A DNA stretch of 64,000 bases, taken from NCBI GenBank assembly GCA_964016885.1, contig OZ024741.1, positions 294,624,001 to 294,688,000 of the forward strand, given 5' to 3'. The first letter of the stretch is position 1, and every line of letters begins with the position of its first letter. Made by a program: the position numbers and the translations under genes. Below are positions 37,379 to 53,300 of the stretch, piece after piece. Origin of the DNA: Eledone cirrhosa (Eukaryota). The notes under the pieces were generated by a model. The model had not been told where the DNA came from. It saw nothing but the letters and a program-made list of their open reading frames with translations, and did not search any database.

Positions 37379-40223
37379 GTAATAGTATAGTTAATACAAA
37401 GCATTGTAAGATATATTATAAATTACTGATAAATTTCAGAAAACTTGGAAGACTTTGGAAATGCATGGAGCGGACTAGCTCCATACATACATATTTCAGA
37501 CATGTAGACCAGTTAGCGAAGAACTCATCAATTGTTTGTTTTTGTTTTGAATCGTTTTCGTTTCACATTTGAGAAGAGGGTTATAGCCCAGAGATATCAT
37601 GTTGAAATATATTGGGTAAAACATTACTTTGTTTTGTTTTATTTGTCCTCCTTATTCCTGAAAGGGTTGTGGGGGAAGCTACTGTCTACAATTGATCCGG
37701 TTGGATCCCCAAGCAAAACCAGCTGAGATTTCAGTGTAAGATCCACAAAATATATTACGTTATTTCTGCCTAAACAATAAATAAATGTTTTATTTACGTT
37801 CGTGCGTGCACAAACATGTTATACATATGTTTTTATTTACATATGTGTATATTATGTTGTAGTTTATCTTCTCTGACACCCTATTTTGTATCCTTGCTTC
37901 TTTATGGTACATTACAGTAGTTAATGCTGACATGATTGTAATGCTACTTTTTTCCATCTGATCATTGTTATATATGTGCATTAGATTTCTTTGGTTTAGA
38001 CAATTTTATGTCAAATAACTAGCAAAGTACTTGCACATGAGAGAAACATTATAAATCAAATAGTAATTTATCTCTACCCTGGTGTATTTTACTGTATTAT
38101 AGATTTTTAAATTATTTTAGTCTGTGCTCGACTTAGTGAAAAGTAACTATAAGATTGTAAATTTGCTATGTGGCTCATTGCTAAAAGGAAAGCAAAATTT
38201 ATTTGCAGACAAATTATTCAAATATTTTTCATATTTTCCGTTATTTTGGTAATTCATCATTCTTTATGATGACATGTCCTTCTGGATAATATGGTCCGGA
38301 ATATTCTAGCTTTGTAGTTGTCATCATCAGTATGATTAATCAGAGAGATAAAACTTACAGACCTTCACAAATGAGAACTGTCACTCTGAACCAGCCTTAC
38401 AATGTAGATATATTGTCAAGCTGTTAACTACCTCCAGCTGATGATTGTAATGAACGATCTGATTTAGATTTTAAATTTATAACTTTTGTTTTTAAATAAC
38501 CTTTACTAACATCATCATCATCATCATTTAAAGTCTATTTTCCACGCTCACATGTGTTAGACGTTTTGTCCCATTTGAGGCAAGTCAGGTCAGGTGACCA
38601 TGTCATGTCTTGCTCATACAGAATTGTTTGTGGCTTGGTTTTCAAAGCTGGATCCCGTCGTAACACCAATCACATTTACAGTGTGTGCTGAGTGCTTTTT
38701 GTCATGAGTGTAGACTTTTATCATGGCACGGTAACAATCACTTGGAAGGATGAAAAGAGGATAGGGGTTAAGTGGTGCATACTTGTAGTATTTTCTAATT
38801 AAGCAGCTAGAATATAGGTGTGATTAATAAGTTCACTTCTCAATCATGTGCATCTATGTTCAATTGCATTGTACAGCACTGAGGTCAAATGTTTTCGGCT
38901 ATAGCCTACAGTTGACTAATACATTGTGAGTGGAATTTAGTAGTGGGAAAATTGTGCAGAATTCTATCATTTTTAAATACATATGTATGTCTGTATCCAT
39001 GTTTGATTTAATGTGACTGACAAAAAAAAAAATTCTGTGTTCTGTCAAAAAAGCTTAATTTAGCAATTTGATAAATAGATATCCATGAAATAAGTAACAG
39101 GTTGAAATATGATTAACTAAAAGCCATGAAGGTAGTGCCCCAGCATTGCTGTAATCAACTGTCTGAAACCAGTAAAAAATAAAAATGAACTAATAGATTA
39201 TGTCAAATGTTTTCTGTACCACATTTAAAGTAAAATATAATCCACTCTAGTTTGTTCTATTTAATAAAGACTTGTTATATTGGCACTCAGCCTCAAATAA
39301 GAAGTGATGTATATTTTATCCATGTTAGAAACTCCAATGGGATTTGTAATTGGAATATAAAAAAACATAACTGTGTACTTACTGCAAGATATTTTTCCTC
39401 AATTCTTTATTGATTCTGCCTTTCATTACTCTCTTTTTCTTGTAAATATTGATATCTTTTAATAGGCAGAATTGTTAGAATGCTGATTCTTTGTATTTTA
39501 ATTTCAAATTCTGTCTTCTGTTTAAGACTTGGCTGACATGGATATGCCTCCAAGGTCAATTAAAGCTATACACTCATTAGAGTAACATTTCAACTGCATC
39601 AGTCAGTCTGTATGAATGCAAACCCTGCAGAAGCATGATAAACAATAAAACAGAAAAAATTATCTGTTAATAGGACAGTGAATTAGCAGAATCATTAATG
39701 TGTCAGTCAAAATACCTTACAGTATTCTGTTATGGCCTTTCATATTGTCCCTGAAATAAAGTAACAGTCAAGTACTGGAGTTAATTTTTTTTTTAAATTA
39801 TACCTCCCTCCTCACATTTATGACCTTGCATTAATGTTAAAAATCGATATTGTAATATTATCACAAGATGGAATGCAACTTTGAAAATTATAATTTAAAT
39901 GAATCTGACAATTCTGCAATTCTCTTAAATGGCATTCTACTATAAGCATTTGTTTCTAGTGCATGAAACATCTAATTCATGTTTTCTATTTAAACAGAAA
40001 TTTAAATAGATGTGACAAGCTCATTAACATTAACATTTGTATTATTTACAGTATTTTCTAGTTGCTATAATCACAAATCAATGTCAAATGCCATATTTTA
40101 CTTTACAATTGACATGTAAAATTTTGGCACCTGAAATCAATCAAAATAGAGTAAATTATATTTTAGGGAAAAAGAGACTGGTCTAATCAATCATTACCTC
40201 TTTTGCAATATCTTCTTTTAAGT

Positions 40224-40500
40224 GAAGGTGTGTGACTTAGTGGTTAGAGAATTGGATTCATAATTGTGAGGTTACAAGTTTGATTCCCAAACCAGGCAAT
40301 GTTATCCTTGAGCAAGACACTTTATTTCATGTTGCTCTTTCTGTCAGGAGTTGTGACTGATAGATAGTATCAGCATTGGAAATACTAATTGAATCATTAT
40401 TTCCTTGGTTTGATTTGGTGAGATCTACCCCACTCAGTAAGCAAATGAGGTCTGGGATCTTGTCGACAGACTTCCTACCCTTCTTCTTCTTATAGCATTC
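40224..40500 (+). mobile_element. tRNA-derived SINE (family A variant)
   Basis: Head and body homologous to 57204-57440 (ccttgagcaa..cactttatttcat, ctgtcaggagttg, ccccactcagtaa, ggtctgggatcttgtc). Confidence 0.75.
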
Positions 40501-42378
40501 AGATGGGGAAAAGTTTTAAATAATTAAATTTAATATTGCTAAACATTTTGTGTAATTTTTTAAAGACTTTCTCTGGTTTCTGAATATCATGTATTTGTAC
40601 AGTATGTATTCATGTATATGTTGAACCTTATTTTTCAAGAAAATACATGAAAAAACAGTATGTCTTATCTACTGGATTTATAAAACCTCAATTCAAAATA
40701 TATGGTATATTTTAAATGTAATTTTGTATGTAAAAATGGAAGTGTGACTTACAATATTTAATTCAGTATAGTATAGGTAGAACTTAAAAAAAATGCAAAA
40801 CCTTATAGATATTTACATACTTAAAAATTGTTATGAATAGATTTATCATCATCTATTTTCCATACTGGCATGGGTTGAACAGGTTGTTACGGTCTGAGTC
40901 AGCTCTTATTTGGAGTTACAGATCAGAGGATCATATTCCAGGATCAGACTGAATCTTAAAATCAACCCAACTGTCTATGCAAAACAGATTAACAGATTGC
41001 TCAGCTAAGCAACCTTCCATTTTCATTTCAGTCTTTGTGCTACAACTAAGGCTTCAGTTTTTTGTGACAGTTTTTCAGCTGCTTTCTGTTATCTTGTCCA
41101 GCAACCTACTGGACATTACCTGTATGACCAATCTATCTCTGATCATATTTTGCTCATACATTCTTTAATCTTCAAGAAGAAAATCAAAATGCCTGCATAA
41201 GAAATGTGGTGAATAAAAAATAAAAATTATAAATATTATAAAGTATAATCTGCTGAACAAAATACCAAAATATTAATGTCTGAGAGAAAGAAGAATTTGT
41301 CAGTATTTTTAAAGGAAACTTCTGATCTGTGAAAACCGATCTTGGTTTTGGAAAGATAGCAAATAACAGGAAATTAGCTTTTATAAAGAGATTTTATCAA
41401 TGAGAAAAAAATGTAACAAGATATTTAAGATTTTTAATGTTAGTGCTAATTATATTGGAGGTATCATTCAGAGTGTTCTGATGACTTCAGCAGTAATTGT
41501 ATTTTGAGAAAAAATCAGAAGGAAATTTAAAAATAAGAGAAAATGATAAACACTTTAAAAAATAATCAAAGAACAATATTTTGTCTGTTATCTTATTGTC
41601 TTTAGTTTATATGATTTGTTAAATTTGATATAGTGGAGTGAAAATAAAACATAGTAATGATTAAATTATATTTGTGGCTAATATAATAAACAGTTGCAAA
41701 ATATCATCTTAATTATCAACTTTATTTTTTCTGAATTTCAATAATTCTTGTCATTTGTCATGTCTTGTGAGTTACCAACAATTCATAATAGATTTTGTCC
41801 AAATTTCTGAGATAAGGAATTATACTTGTTACAAGCTAATTTAATTGGACTTGTTTCCAGCTTGGTTTTTATTGTCATAATGTTAATGTTTTGGATGTTT
41901 TACCCCAGAGCCTTCTTTAGGTGTCTATTACATCTGGTAATATTCATGAAATTCAAGCCATGGTGTTTGTTTTCATTCTTTTGTTCAACTGTTTTAAGCC
42001 CATTTTTCCTGCTAAAGCTCGTTGCGATCCTTTGTCATTTTCTCTTTGAGTCTCAGTGATTTGAAGTCATATTCCGGCTTAAAGCTTTGAACCCACTTGC
42101 TCAGTAAAGGCACAGAATGAAATCCTGCAAGGTCTTTTGTTCACTGCTTATTAATTATTGATATTGATCTTAAATCTTTAGAAATCTACTCACTCATTGA
42201 ATTCCTTCAGGAATCAGATGTCTTGAAGAAGTGATTAATATAATTGCCTGGTGTCTAATGTAAAATTTAATGAACCTATTGTAGGTATGAAATAACCCAT
42301 GATATTGTCAATTGTCTTGTCTGTTGGCTATTTTGATTTAAATATTAGAAATATCTTTCTATATAAAGTCCTACTTAA

Positions 42379-42896
42379 TTAACCCTTTCATTACCATATT
42401 TCTTATGAAATACACGGCCTATAATTTTTAATTAATTTTGAAAATATTCAAGAATTTGATGGGATTTAGACATATAAATATCTTTTTCATTATTAATCTG
42501 GTGTTTGGAACATAACTTATTAAAACTTCCTTACAAAGAATTATGATAGAAAATATGTAGATGAAGATAAACACTTGATAATAAACAGTTTTTTATCATT
42601 AAACCAAGGGTGATTTGGTAGCAAAAAGGGATAATATCAATGATGGTATAGTAAAAAATATTCATACTTTTCTGTGGAAATATTTGTGTTTAATAGCAGT
42701 CTGCCTACAAACACCTTTGGTTCTATGATACAAAACTGTTTATTTTAAAGAATTTATATTTACATAATAACCTTTATATTCCAAACACCAGATAAATAAG
42801 AAAGTTGGTTTAAATCCCTCCAATGTTTTGATTATTTTCAGGATGATTTGAAAATCATGGTGTATTTCATTAAACATATGGTAATGACAGATTTAA
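42379..42896. mobile_element. Two piggyBac-like MITEs in inverted orientation
   Basis: ttaa-ccctttcattaccatat at 42379, aaaggg-ataa at ~42630; inverted homology tctggtgtttggaa / ttccaaacaccaga and atatggtaatga. Confidence 0.6.
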
Positions 42897-45066
42897 GAAC
42901 GGTGTCAAATTATTTTTTTGAATTATATAAATTTATAATAGTCTGTATTTAGATAAAATTCTTTCTTTTTTCTGCTTTAGCTAATATTTAGTTGTTTTAC
43001 ATCTGTATTTTCACTATGCTAACATAAATAAGATGTTTTATGTTAGATTTATGTTGAAAATTTTATCATTCAGACTACCCGAGAAAAGCAGAGTTATATT
43101 TGCTATTGAGAGACATGATGAATAGCCCTAGCAAGGTTTGAGTCCATGAGAATGACATTAACAATGTCATTAGTTGTCTTACAATCAGCCAGTTTATGTT
43201 CAGAATAAGCATTTTGTTTAACTCTTTAAATGCCAAAAACCTACTGCTACATCTTCCATATCTTTACCTTCCACTTCTGTTGTGTCAATAATGTACTGAT
43301 ACAGTTTAGTTAAGCTTGTGAAGCACAAATCCAGATAAAATAGTGTAAATTTGATCAAAATATCCCCCCTTTTTTTTTTGTAATTTAAAAATTAACCTCT
43401 ATTTCCATGCAGGGATAGCAAAGTGCCCCCCACCACACCCCACACAAAAAGCAATAGCACTCAAAGCGTTGAAAATATCACTTATTTCTAAATATTACTA
43501 CTTAGGTTAAACACATTTATAAAGATAAAAAGTTATATTTATTTTTAGATAAACAAAATAAAGAGTCTGTGTGGAAAAAAAAAAGAATTTCTATATACTC
43601 TGACACCTCTGTGACACTTTGATAGAAATATAAAAGCTGATATAACATCTGGATGTGAAAGAACTCCCAATGATATGTTAAAATAATTGATTGATGTTTA
43701 CTGATCTTATTTGAAAGAAGAATTGTCAAAGTCAAATGTTTTCAGGCTTCTTTATAACAATAGATTCCACATTTTTAGATGCTTCTACATTTCCTGTCAA
43801 GACCATTTTGAATAACTTCATAACTTCATAGCTCTGTCATAGAATCTACTAACAAAGGTACTTTATATATCAAGAATAAGATAGCCTCATAAATAATAGA
43901 TATCGTTTTCAAGGTTAGCGATAAATTGTTGGCATAATGTTTCTCTTTTTTTTATGTTGATCATCAATGTATGTGCCACAAGTGAAAGTAGATAGTCATG
44001 AGAAACAGAAATATTGGTTAAAGTAAGAACTTAATGGTTGGTGGTTTCATTTAATGAACAAGAAAACTGAAAAAATTATATATTTGTCTCACTTTGTTTT
44101 TGGATTCTCTGCAGACTTAATGAAGTAACATTGAGTAAAATATTCAGGGTGTGTCCATAGTGACTATATATATATATGAAATGATGATGATGATGATATA
44201 TATATATCAACATAGCCAACTGGCCAAACCCCTCTCATAATGAAACCACCCAGTTCCAGAATGTAAACATGGTTAGTGTTAGGAAGGTCATCCAGCTGTA
44301 AAAAATAATCTAACCAAACTACAGTCTCATTTGAGCCAGATACAGTGCAGCCAACTTGCCTGACCTCCCTCATAATGTGGCCACTCCGTCTGACCCATGC
44401 AACGGTGATGATGATGATGATATCAGGATTTCTCCAGTTTTAAACTAGTAAGTACATTATTCAGCAAAGTACTCAAGATGGCAAGAGCTCCACCACCAGG
44501 TCTTTCCAATATGTATATTTACTCTATGGGTTTATATATATATTATTATATATACAGTCCTTATCAAGTCCTCTTCGGATTTTGGTGTTCATTTTTATTA
44601 TTACTATATACATATAGATAAATGTCATTACCTATAGGTATTTATTTGTGAAGAACAGTGTTAGTTAAGTTATTGATATGATAGTAATCTTGGTTGAAAT
44701 AAGACAATAATTGGAAGAGGAATTTTTTGGTAAAAACCTTTAGAAATTTTAAAACTTACAATTTGTAGGGGAAAAACAGTAATGATATAGAATAAAGAAT
44801 ACATTGTAATAGTGAATGTTGATGTAACATAAAAATATTTCAGGTTTATAATTTCATTTATCCCTTTTGAAAGCTAATAAAGAAATACAGATATACCTTC
44901 AAGGTTATATATTTTTAGTTTATATGGATTATAATAATTATTAGAAGAGAAAGTAGAATGAATGTATCAATATATATATATAGTCCAGAAATAGCCGTCG
45001 AAACGGCTTGAGATCTGCCGTCGGGGTCATACTTTTTCCTATATATATATATATATATGCACATAT

Positions 45067-45401
45067 GGAGGCACATGGCTTAGTGTTTAGAGCATTGGCC
45101 TTGCAATCGAAAGGTTGTGAGTTCAATTCTCAGACCAGGTGATGTGTTGTTTCCTTGAGCAAGACACTTTATTTCACATTGCTCCAGTTTACTCAGCTGT
45201 AGAAATGAGATGATAGGGACTGGGGTCCCTATCATTCCACTGCAAAGTGGTCGTGGAGGTGCCACGGCAAAAAAGCACCCAGCACTCACTGTAAATGAGG
45301 TTGGCGTTAGGAATGGCATCCAGCTGTAGAAATCAAGCCAGAATCAGTTCCCATCCTACCCTTGCAAGCAGGGAAAAAGCGGACGTAAAATGAAATGATG
45401 A

Positions 45402-45402
<1 letters not shown>
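45067..45402 (+). mobile_element. Composite tRNA-SINE: tRNA head, body, aggaa(t/g)ggcatccagctgtagaaa core, RTE-like tail
   Basis: A/B boxes at 45075-45130; core and ggacgtaaaatg...atgatgat tail shared with the RTE 3' UTR. Confidence 0.8.
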
Positions 45403-45861
<459 letters not shown>

Positions 45862-46220
45862 TCATCAACGTTTAACGTCCGTGTTCCACGCTTGCATGGG
45901 TTTGGATGGGGGTAGTCCCACTTGAGGCAAGAGTGATTGTCTTGCTCGCATAGGACTGTCTGGCAGGTTTTCTACAGTTGGATGCCCTTCCTAACACCAA
46001 CCACATTTACAGTGTGGGTCTGGGAGGTTTTTACCGTGTTGCCTACACGGCCAGATTACAGCGTGGACTGTGTGTTTTTTTGTCGTGACACCTACACGAT
46101 CTCATTTGTTTCGGCCTATGGCGCGGCACCAACATAACTTTACATAGAACGGGGTGGTGGGGGTGGTGGTGGTGGGACGGGGTGTATTTTGTTAGAGATA
46201 CCTACTGGTTGGAGTAGGTA
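45862..46220 (-). mobile_element. 3'-UTR-only copy of the young RTE LINE
   Basis: Near identical to 25120-25482 and to the reverse complement of 53100-53470; flanked by (TA)n. Confidence 0.9.
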
Positions 46221-46299
46221 TATATTTATATATATATATATATATATATATACATCTATATATATATATACACATATATATATATATATATATATACAT

Positions 46300-46342
<43 letters not shown>

Positions 46343-46359
46343 TCTATATATATATACAT

Positions 46360-46402
<43 letters not shown>

Positions 46403-46414
46403 TATATATATACA

Positions 46415-46458
<44 letters not shown>

Positions 46459-46468
46459 TATATATATA

Positions 46469-46788
46469 TCATCATCACCGTTTTACGTCCGTTCTTCCAC
46501 GCTAGCATGGGTTAGACGGGTTGTCCTGTTGTGGGCAGTGTCTGGTCGGCTGACCATGCCTTGCTCATACAGGAACTGATCTGACTTGATTTCTACAGCT
46601 GGATGCCCTTCCTAACACCAACCTCATTTACAGTGAGTGCTGGGTGCTTTTTCGTGGCACCTACACGTCCACTTTACAGTGTGGGCTGGGTGCTTTTTTG
46701 CCGTGGCACCTCCACGACCACCTTGCGGTGGGGGTGGGGGGCATATTGTTTATATGCTTCAGCATGTACCCATGGGAGGTCGGGTACC

Positions 46789-46790
<2 letters not shown>
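46469..46790 (-). mobile_element. Non-autonomous RTE-tailed repeat
   Basis: catcatcaccgttttacgtccgttcttccacgctagcatggg...ctacagctggatgcccttcctaacacc; close copies at 53919-54120 and 61688-62080. Confidence 0.8.
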
Positions 46791-46834
<44 letters not shown>

Positions 46835-46859
46835 ATATATATATATATATATATATATA

Positions 46860-46892
<33 letters not shown>

Positions 46893-47109
46893 ATATATAT
46901 ATATATATATATATACATCTATATATATATATATATATATATATACATCTATATATATATATATATATATACATCTATATATATATATATATATATATAC
47001 ATCTATATATATATATATATATATATACATCTATATATATATATATATATACATCTATATATATATATATATATATATACATCTATATATATATATATAT
47101 ATATATACA

Positions 47110-47181
<72 letters not shown>

Positions 47182-47388
47182 TATATATATATATATATAT
47201 AGATAATTTAATATATCAACTAACATAAGCGCACAGATGCACGCCCATGCCAGCAAATACACAGGTTATGTCATAGTACCTAGGTGGTTCAATGCGGGAG
47301 AATGCAGAACAATAATATAAAGGACGTAAAATAAGAAAATATTTTTTTAAAAAAATTTAAAAAAAATTTTTTTCTTACTTAAATTTTC

Positions 47389-47470
47389 ACTCCAACTAAT
47401 TAGTTTCTGCAATGGGATAAAGACAGTTACGTAATCCAACTGTCGAGAATTCATTGCGTCATCAGGAAGT
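47389..47470 (-). ncRNA. Type I hammerhead ribozyme (family E)
   Basis: Minus strand: acttc-CTGATGA-c-gcaatg..gacagtt..aactgtc..cattgc-a-GAAA-ctaattag-TT-ggagt. Confidence 0.82.
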
Positions 47471-47947
47471 CTATTCTCAGTTAAGTCTCCAGGCAATGCG
47501 CGGACACTGGCGGCTCATATAAAAATAATAATAATTCGGTAGATCGAACAGCTTGCGAGGACTGGATTCTATGTACCGAAATTCTCACTGCTTCAAGTCA
47601 AATGGCCGATTCTAAAGAATCAATCACGTGACACAGAGGCTAGTTAGAAGGAATGGGATGGTAAGATGACTGACGCCTACTAACACCCCAAAAAAAATTT
47701 TTTTTAGAAGTGGTTTTGACAAGTTTGCTCGACAAATCAGTGATTTGGAGATAAAATATAGATAATTTAATATATCAACTAACATAAGCGCACAGATGCA
47801 CGCCCATGCCAGCAAATACACAGGTTATGTCATAGTACCTAGGTGGTTCAATGCAGGAGAATGCAGAACAATAATATAAAGGACGTAAAATAAGAAAATA
47901 TTTTTTTAAAAAAATTTAAAAAAAATTTTTTTCTTACTTAAATTTTC

Positions 47948-48026
47948 ACTCCAACTAATTAGTTTCTGCAATGGGATAAAGACAGTTACGTAATCCAACT
48001 GTCGAGAATTCATTGCGTCATCAGGA
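47948..48026 (-). ncRNA. Type I hammerhead ribozyme (family E), helix I 5' strand truncated
   Basis: Identical core to 47389-47467; element boundary falls 2 nt upstream of CTGATGA. Confidence 0.7.
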
Positions 48027-48028
48027 CA

Positions 48029-48064
<36 letters not shown>

Positions 48065-48118
48065 TATATATATATATATATATACATCTATATATACATC
48101 TATATATATATATATACA

Positions 48119-48155
<37 letters not shown>

Positions 48156-48252
48156 TATTTATATATATATATACATTATATATATATATATATATATACA
48201 TTATATATATATATATATATATACATTATATATATATATATATATATATAGA

Positions 48253-48285
<33 letters not shown>

Positions 48286-48401
48286 TATATATATATATAT
48301 ATATACATTATATATATATATATATATATATACATTATATATATATATATAGATCTATATATATATATATATAGATCTATACATATATCTATATATCTCT
48401 A

Positions 48402-48897
<496 letters not shown>

Positions 48898-48899
48898 CA

Positions 48900-48935
<36 letters not shown>

Positions 48936-48973
48936 TATATATATATATACATCTATATATATATATATATACA

Positions 48974-49195
<222 letters not shown>

Positions 49196-49311
49196 TATAT
49201 ATATATATATATACATCTATATATATATATATATACATCTATATATATATATATATATATATACATCTATATATATATATATATACATCTATATATATAT
49301 ATATATATACA

Positions 49312-49475
<164 letters not shown>

Positions 49476-49483
49476 AATACACA

Positions 49484-49525
<42 letters not shown>

Positions 49526-49801
49526 TATATATATATATATATACATCTATATATATATATACATCTATATATATATATATATACATCTATATATATATAT
49601 ATATACATCTATATATATATATATACATCTATATATATATATATACATCTATATATATATATATATACATCTATATATATATACATCTATATATATATAT
49701 ATACATCTATATATATATATATACATCTATATATATATATATACATCTATATATATATATGTACATCTATATATATATATATACATCTATATATATATAC
49801 A

Positions 49802-49943
<142 letters not shown>

Positions 49944-50029
49944 TATATATATATATATATATACATCTATATATATATATATATATACATCTATATATAT
50001 ATATATACATCTATATATATATATATACA

Positions 50030-50093
<64 letters not shown>

Positions 50094-50133
50094 TATATAT
50101 ATATATATATACATCTATATATATATATATACA

Positions 50134-50199
<66 letters not shown>

Positions 50200-50359
50200 T
50201 ATATATATATATATATATACATCTATATATATATATATATATACATCTATATATATATATATATATACATCTATATATATATATATACATCTATATATAT
50301 ATATATATACATCTATATATATATATATATATATATACATCTATATATATATATATATA

Positions 50360-53300
50360 TATACGACTTGTCCTCAATAGAACCTGCCCGGCACTATAAA
50401 AGACAGATTCTATGAGACACTGATGCTAACTACCTCCCAAATATCCGACAGTGACTATATAATTATCGCAGGCGACCTAAATGGTCACGTTGGACAACAT
50501 TGTGACGGCTACGACGAAATCCATGGAGGCTATGGGTTTGGTACTAGAAATGAGGAAGGCGCCAGAATCCTGGAATTCTGTGATGCAAATAACCTAACTA
50601 TCTGTAACACTAACTTCAAAAAACGTGACAATCACCTGATCACCTATAGATCCGGGGAACACACAAGCCAGGTAGATTATATCCTTACCAGAAGACGTGA
50701 CAGAGTGTCTGTTGTTAACACTAAATCCCTCCCCCATGAAGAATGCACCTCCCAACATAGACTGATAATTAGCGACCTCATAGTCAGGACGAGACGTACT
50801 CGACAACAGAAGAGGACTATCCTCAGGAGGAAAATATGGAAGCTAAAGGACCCCACAGCCAGGAATAAATTTCAAAGCATATTACTTGATGCTTTCGACA
50901 GTAAGGAAGAACATTTAGAGTCGGACACTATAGAGGGAGAGTGGGAATTTCTGAAAGCAAACCTGCTGTTGGCGACAGACGAGGTCTGTGGCTGGAGCAG
51001 GCCTGTAGGCAGGAGGAGAGTAACATGGTGGTGGAACAGTAAGGTGGAGGGGTCAATTAAGGCCAAAAAGCAGGCTTGGAAAGTATGGCGGGATGGGGGA
51101 AGTAGAGAGGACTATCAAGTGGCCAGGAGGGAAGCTAGGAGACAAGTGTACTTAGCAAGAAGGGAAGCTGAGGAAAGAAAGTTCAAGCATGTTCTACAAC
51201 GCGATGACCAAAAACGTGAGGTGTTCAGGATTGCTAGGCAATGCGTCAAGGAAAACCGTGATATTGTCGGGGAGAAGTGTGTACTAAACGACGATGGCAC
51301 ACTTGCCATCACCGACGCTGATAAGAAGGTAGCTTGGAAGTGTCACTATGAAAGGCTACTAAATGAGGAGAATAATTGGGAGAAAGGCAGTCTCCCCCAT
51401 ATCGACCCAATAGAGGGACCAGCAGTGTTAGTCGAGGGGAGTATAATAAGTAAGGCAATCAAGGATATGAAGACTGGTAAGGCGGCTGGGCCTTCGGAAA
51501 TAGTTGCTGAGATGCTGAAGGCATCTGGCACGGTGGGACACACCATGGTCACCCGCATAGTTAACCAAGTCGTACAGAATGGGGTTGTTCCGAAGGACTG
51601 GCATAGCAGCATCATCGTTAACTGTTATAAGGGTAAAGGAGACGCCCTAGATAGGAGTAACTATAGAGGCATTAAATTAATCGACCAGGTCATGAAGGTC
51701 ACGGAAAAAGTAATAGCGCAACTAATCAGAGAGAGAATTGACCTAGATGAAATGCAGTTCGGGTTTGTGTCAGGCAAAAGTACCACAGACGCTCTTTTCA
51801 TAGTACGACAACTACAGGAGAAGTACCTAGCTAAAGGTAAACCCCTCTACTTAGCTTTTGTCGACTTGGAGAAAGCCTTCGACAGAGTCCCCCGCTCCAT
51901 TATCTGGTGGGCTCTTAGAAAACTAGGCGTTGACGAATGGCTTGTGAGGGCTATACAAGCCATGTATAAAGAAACAGTCAGCAAGGTTAGAATTAACAAC
52001 GAATATAGTGAAGAGTTTAGCGTAAAAGTTGGCGTCCATCAGGGCTCTGTTCTCAGTCCACTACTATTTATTATTGCCCTTCAGGCTATAACAGAGGAGT
52101 TCAAGACAGGCTGCCCATGGGAACTCCTATACGCAGACGACCTGACACTCATAGCGGAATCAATGGCCGAGCTAGAGAAGAAATTCCAAACATGGAAGCA
52201 CGGCCTAGAGTCAAAAGGACTTAAAATTAACCTGGCTAAGACCAAAGTACTAGTTTGTAGGAAAGAAAACAAGGCGGCGGTCCCTTCTGGGAAATGGTCG
52301 TGCTCGGTGTGTAGGAAAGGCGTAGGTAGAAACTCCATTTTATGTCCTAAATGCAAAGTATGGGTGCATAAAAATGTAGTGGGATCACAGGTAAGCTAAC
52401 TAAGAACATAGATTTTACATGTGGCCGGTGCTCTGGTGCAATAAGTAGCAGCAAGTGCCCACAAACTACTAGCTCTTTCAATTGCGCAGAGGGTTCTATA
52501 GAAATAGTGGACAGCTTCCGTTACCTGGGCGATAAAATCAGCAGTGGGGGAGGGTGCTCTGAAAGTACTGTAGCTAGAGTCAGAACTGGTTGGAAAAAGT
52601 TCAGAGAGCTTATACCACTATTAGCTGCTAAAGGGTTCTCACTAAAAATGAAAGGCAGGTTGTACGATGCCTGCATACGAACAGCAATGCTGCATGGCAG
52701 TGAGACCTGGGCATTGTGTGCAGAGGATATACGCAGACTAGAGAGGAACGAAGCTTGCATGCTCCGCTGGATGTGTAACAGTAATATATGTGAACGGCAA
52801 AGCATAAACGAACTAAGGAAAAAATTAGAGATAAGAGGGATCAGATGTTGTTTACTCGAGAGAAGGCTACGTTGGTATGGACACGTGATGCGCATGAAAG
52901 TCGATAGCTGTATAACAAAGTGCAGGGCAATAAAGATAGACGGTAGTCACGGAATAGGCAGACCTAGAAAAACCTGGGACGAGCTGATAAACTCCGACAT
53001 CACACACTTACACCTCTCCAAGACAATGTCACTGGACCGAGACCTTTGGCGGTACTCAGTAACAGAGAAGACCCGCCTTACCTAAATATATAGTAAAACC
53101 TGCTCCAGCCAGTAGGCATCTCTAACAAAATACACCCCGTCCCACCACCACCACCCCCACCCGATCCACACCACCCCGTTCTATGTAAAGTTATGTTGGT
53201 GCCGCGCCATCGAGGCCGAAACAAATGAGATCGTGTAGGTGTCACGACAAAAAAACACACAGTCCACGCTGTAATGTGGCCGTGTAGGCAACACGGTAAA

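Larger units (their letters stand above)
47200..48026 (-). mobile_element. Retrozyme-like / PLE pLTR partial tandem repeat (559-bp period, ~1.5 units)
   Basis: 47200-47467 repeated at 47759-48026 with one visible substitution; each unit holds a hammerhead; no recognisable ORF. Confidence 0.82.

Noticed and set aside
38359-38458. Minus-strand exon with good splice signals
   Set aside because: Stops in all three frames; could only be a UTR or non-coding exon and is unsupported
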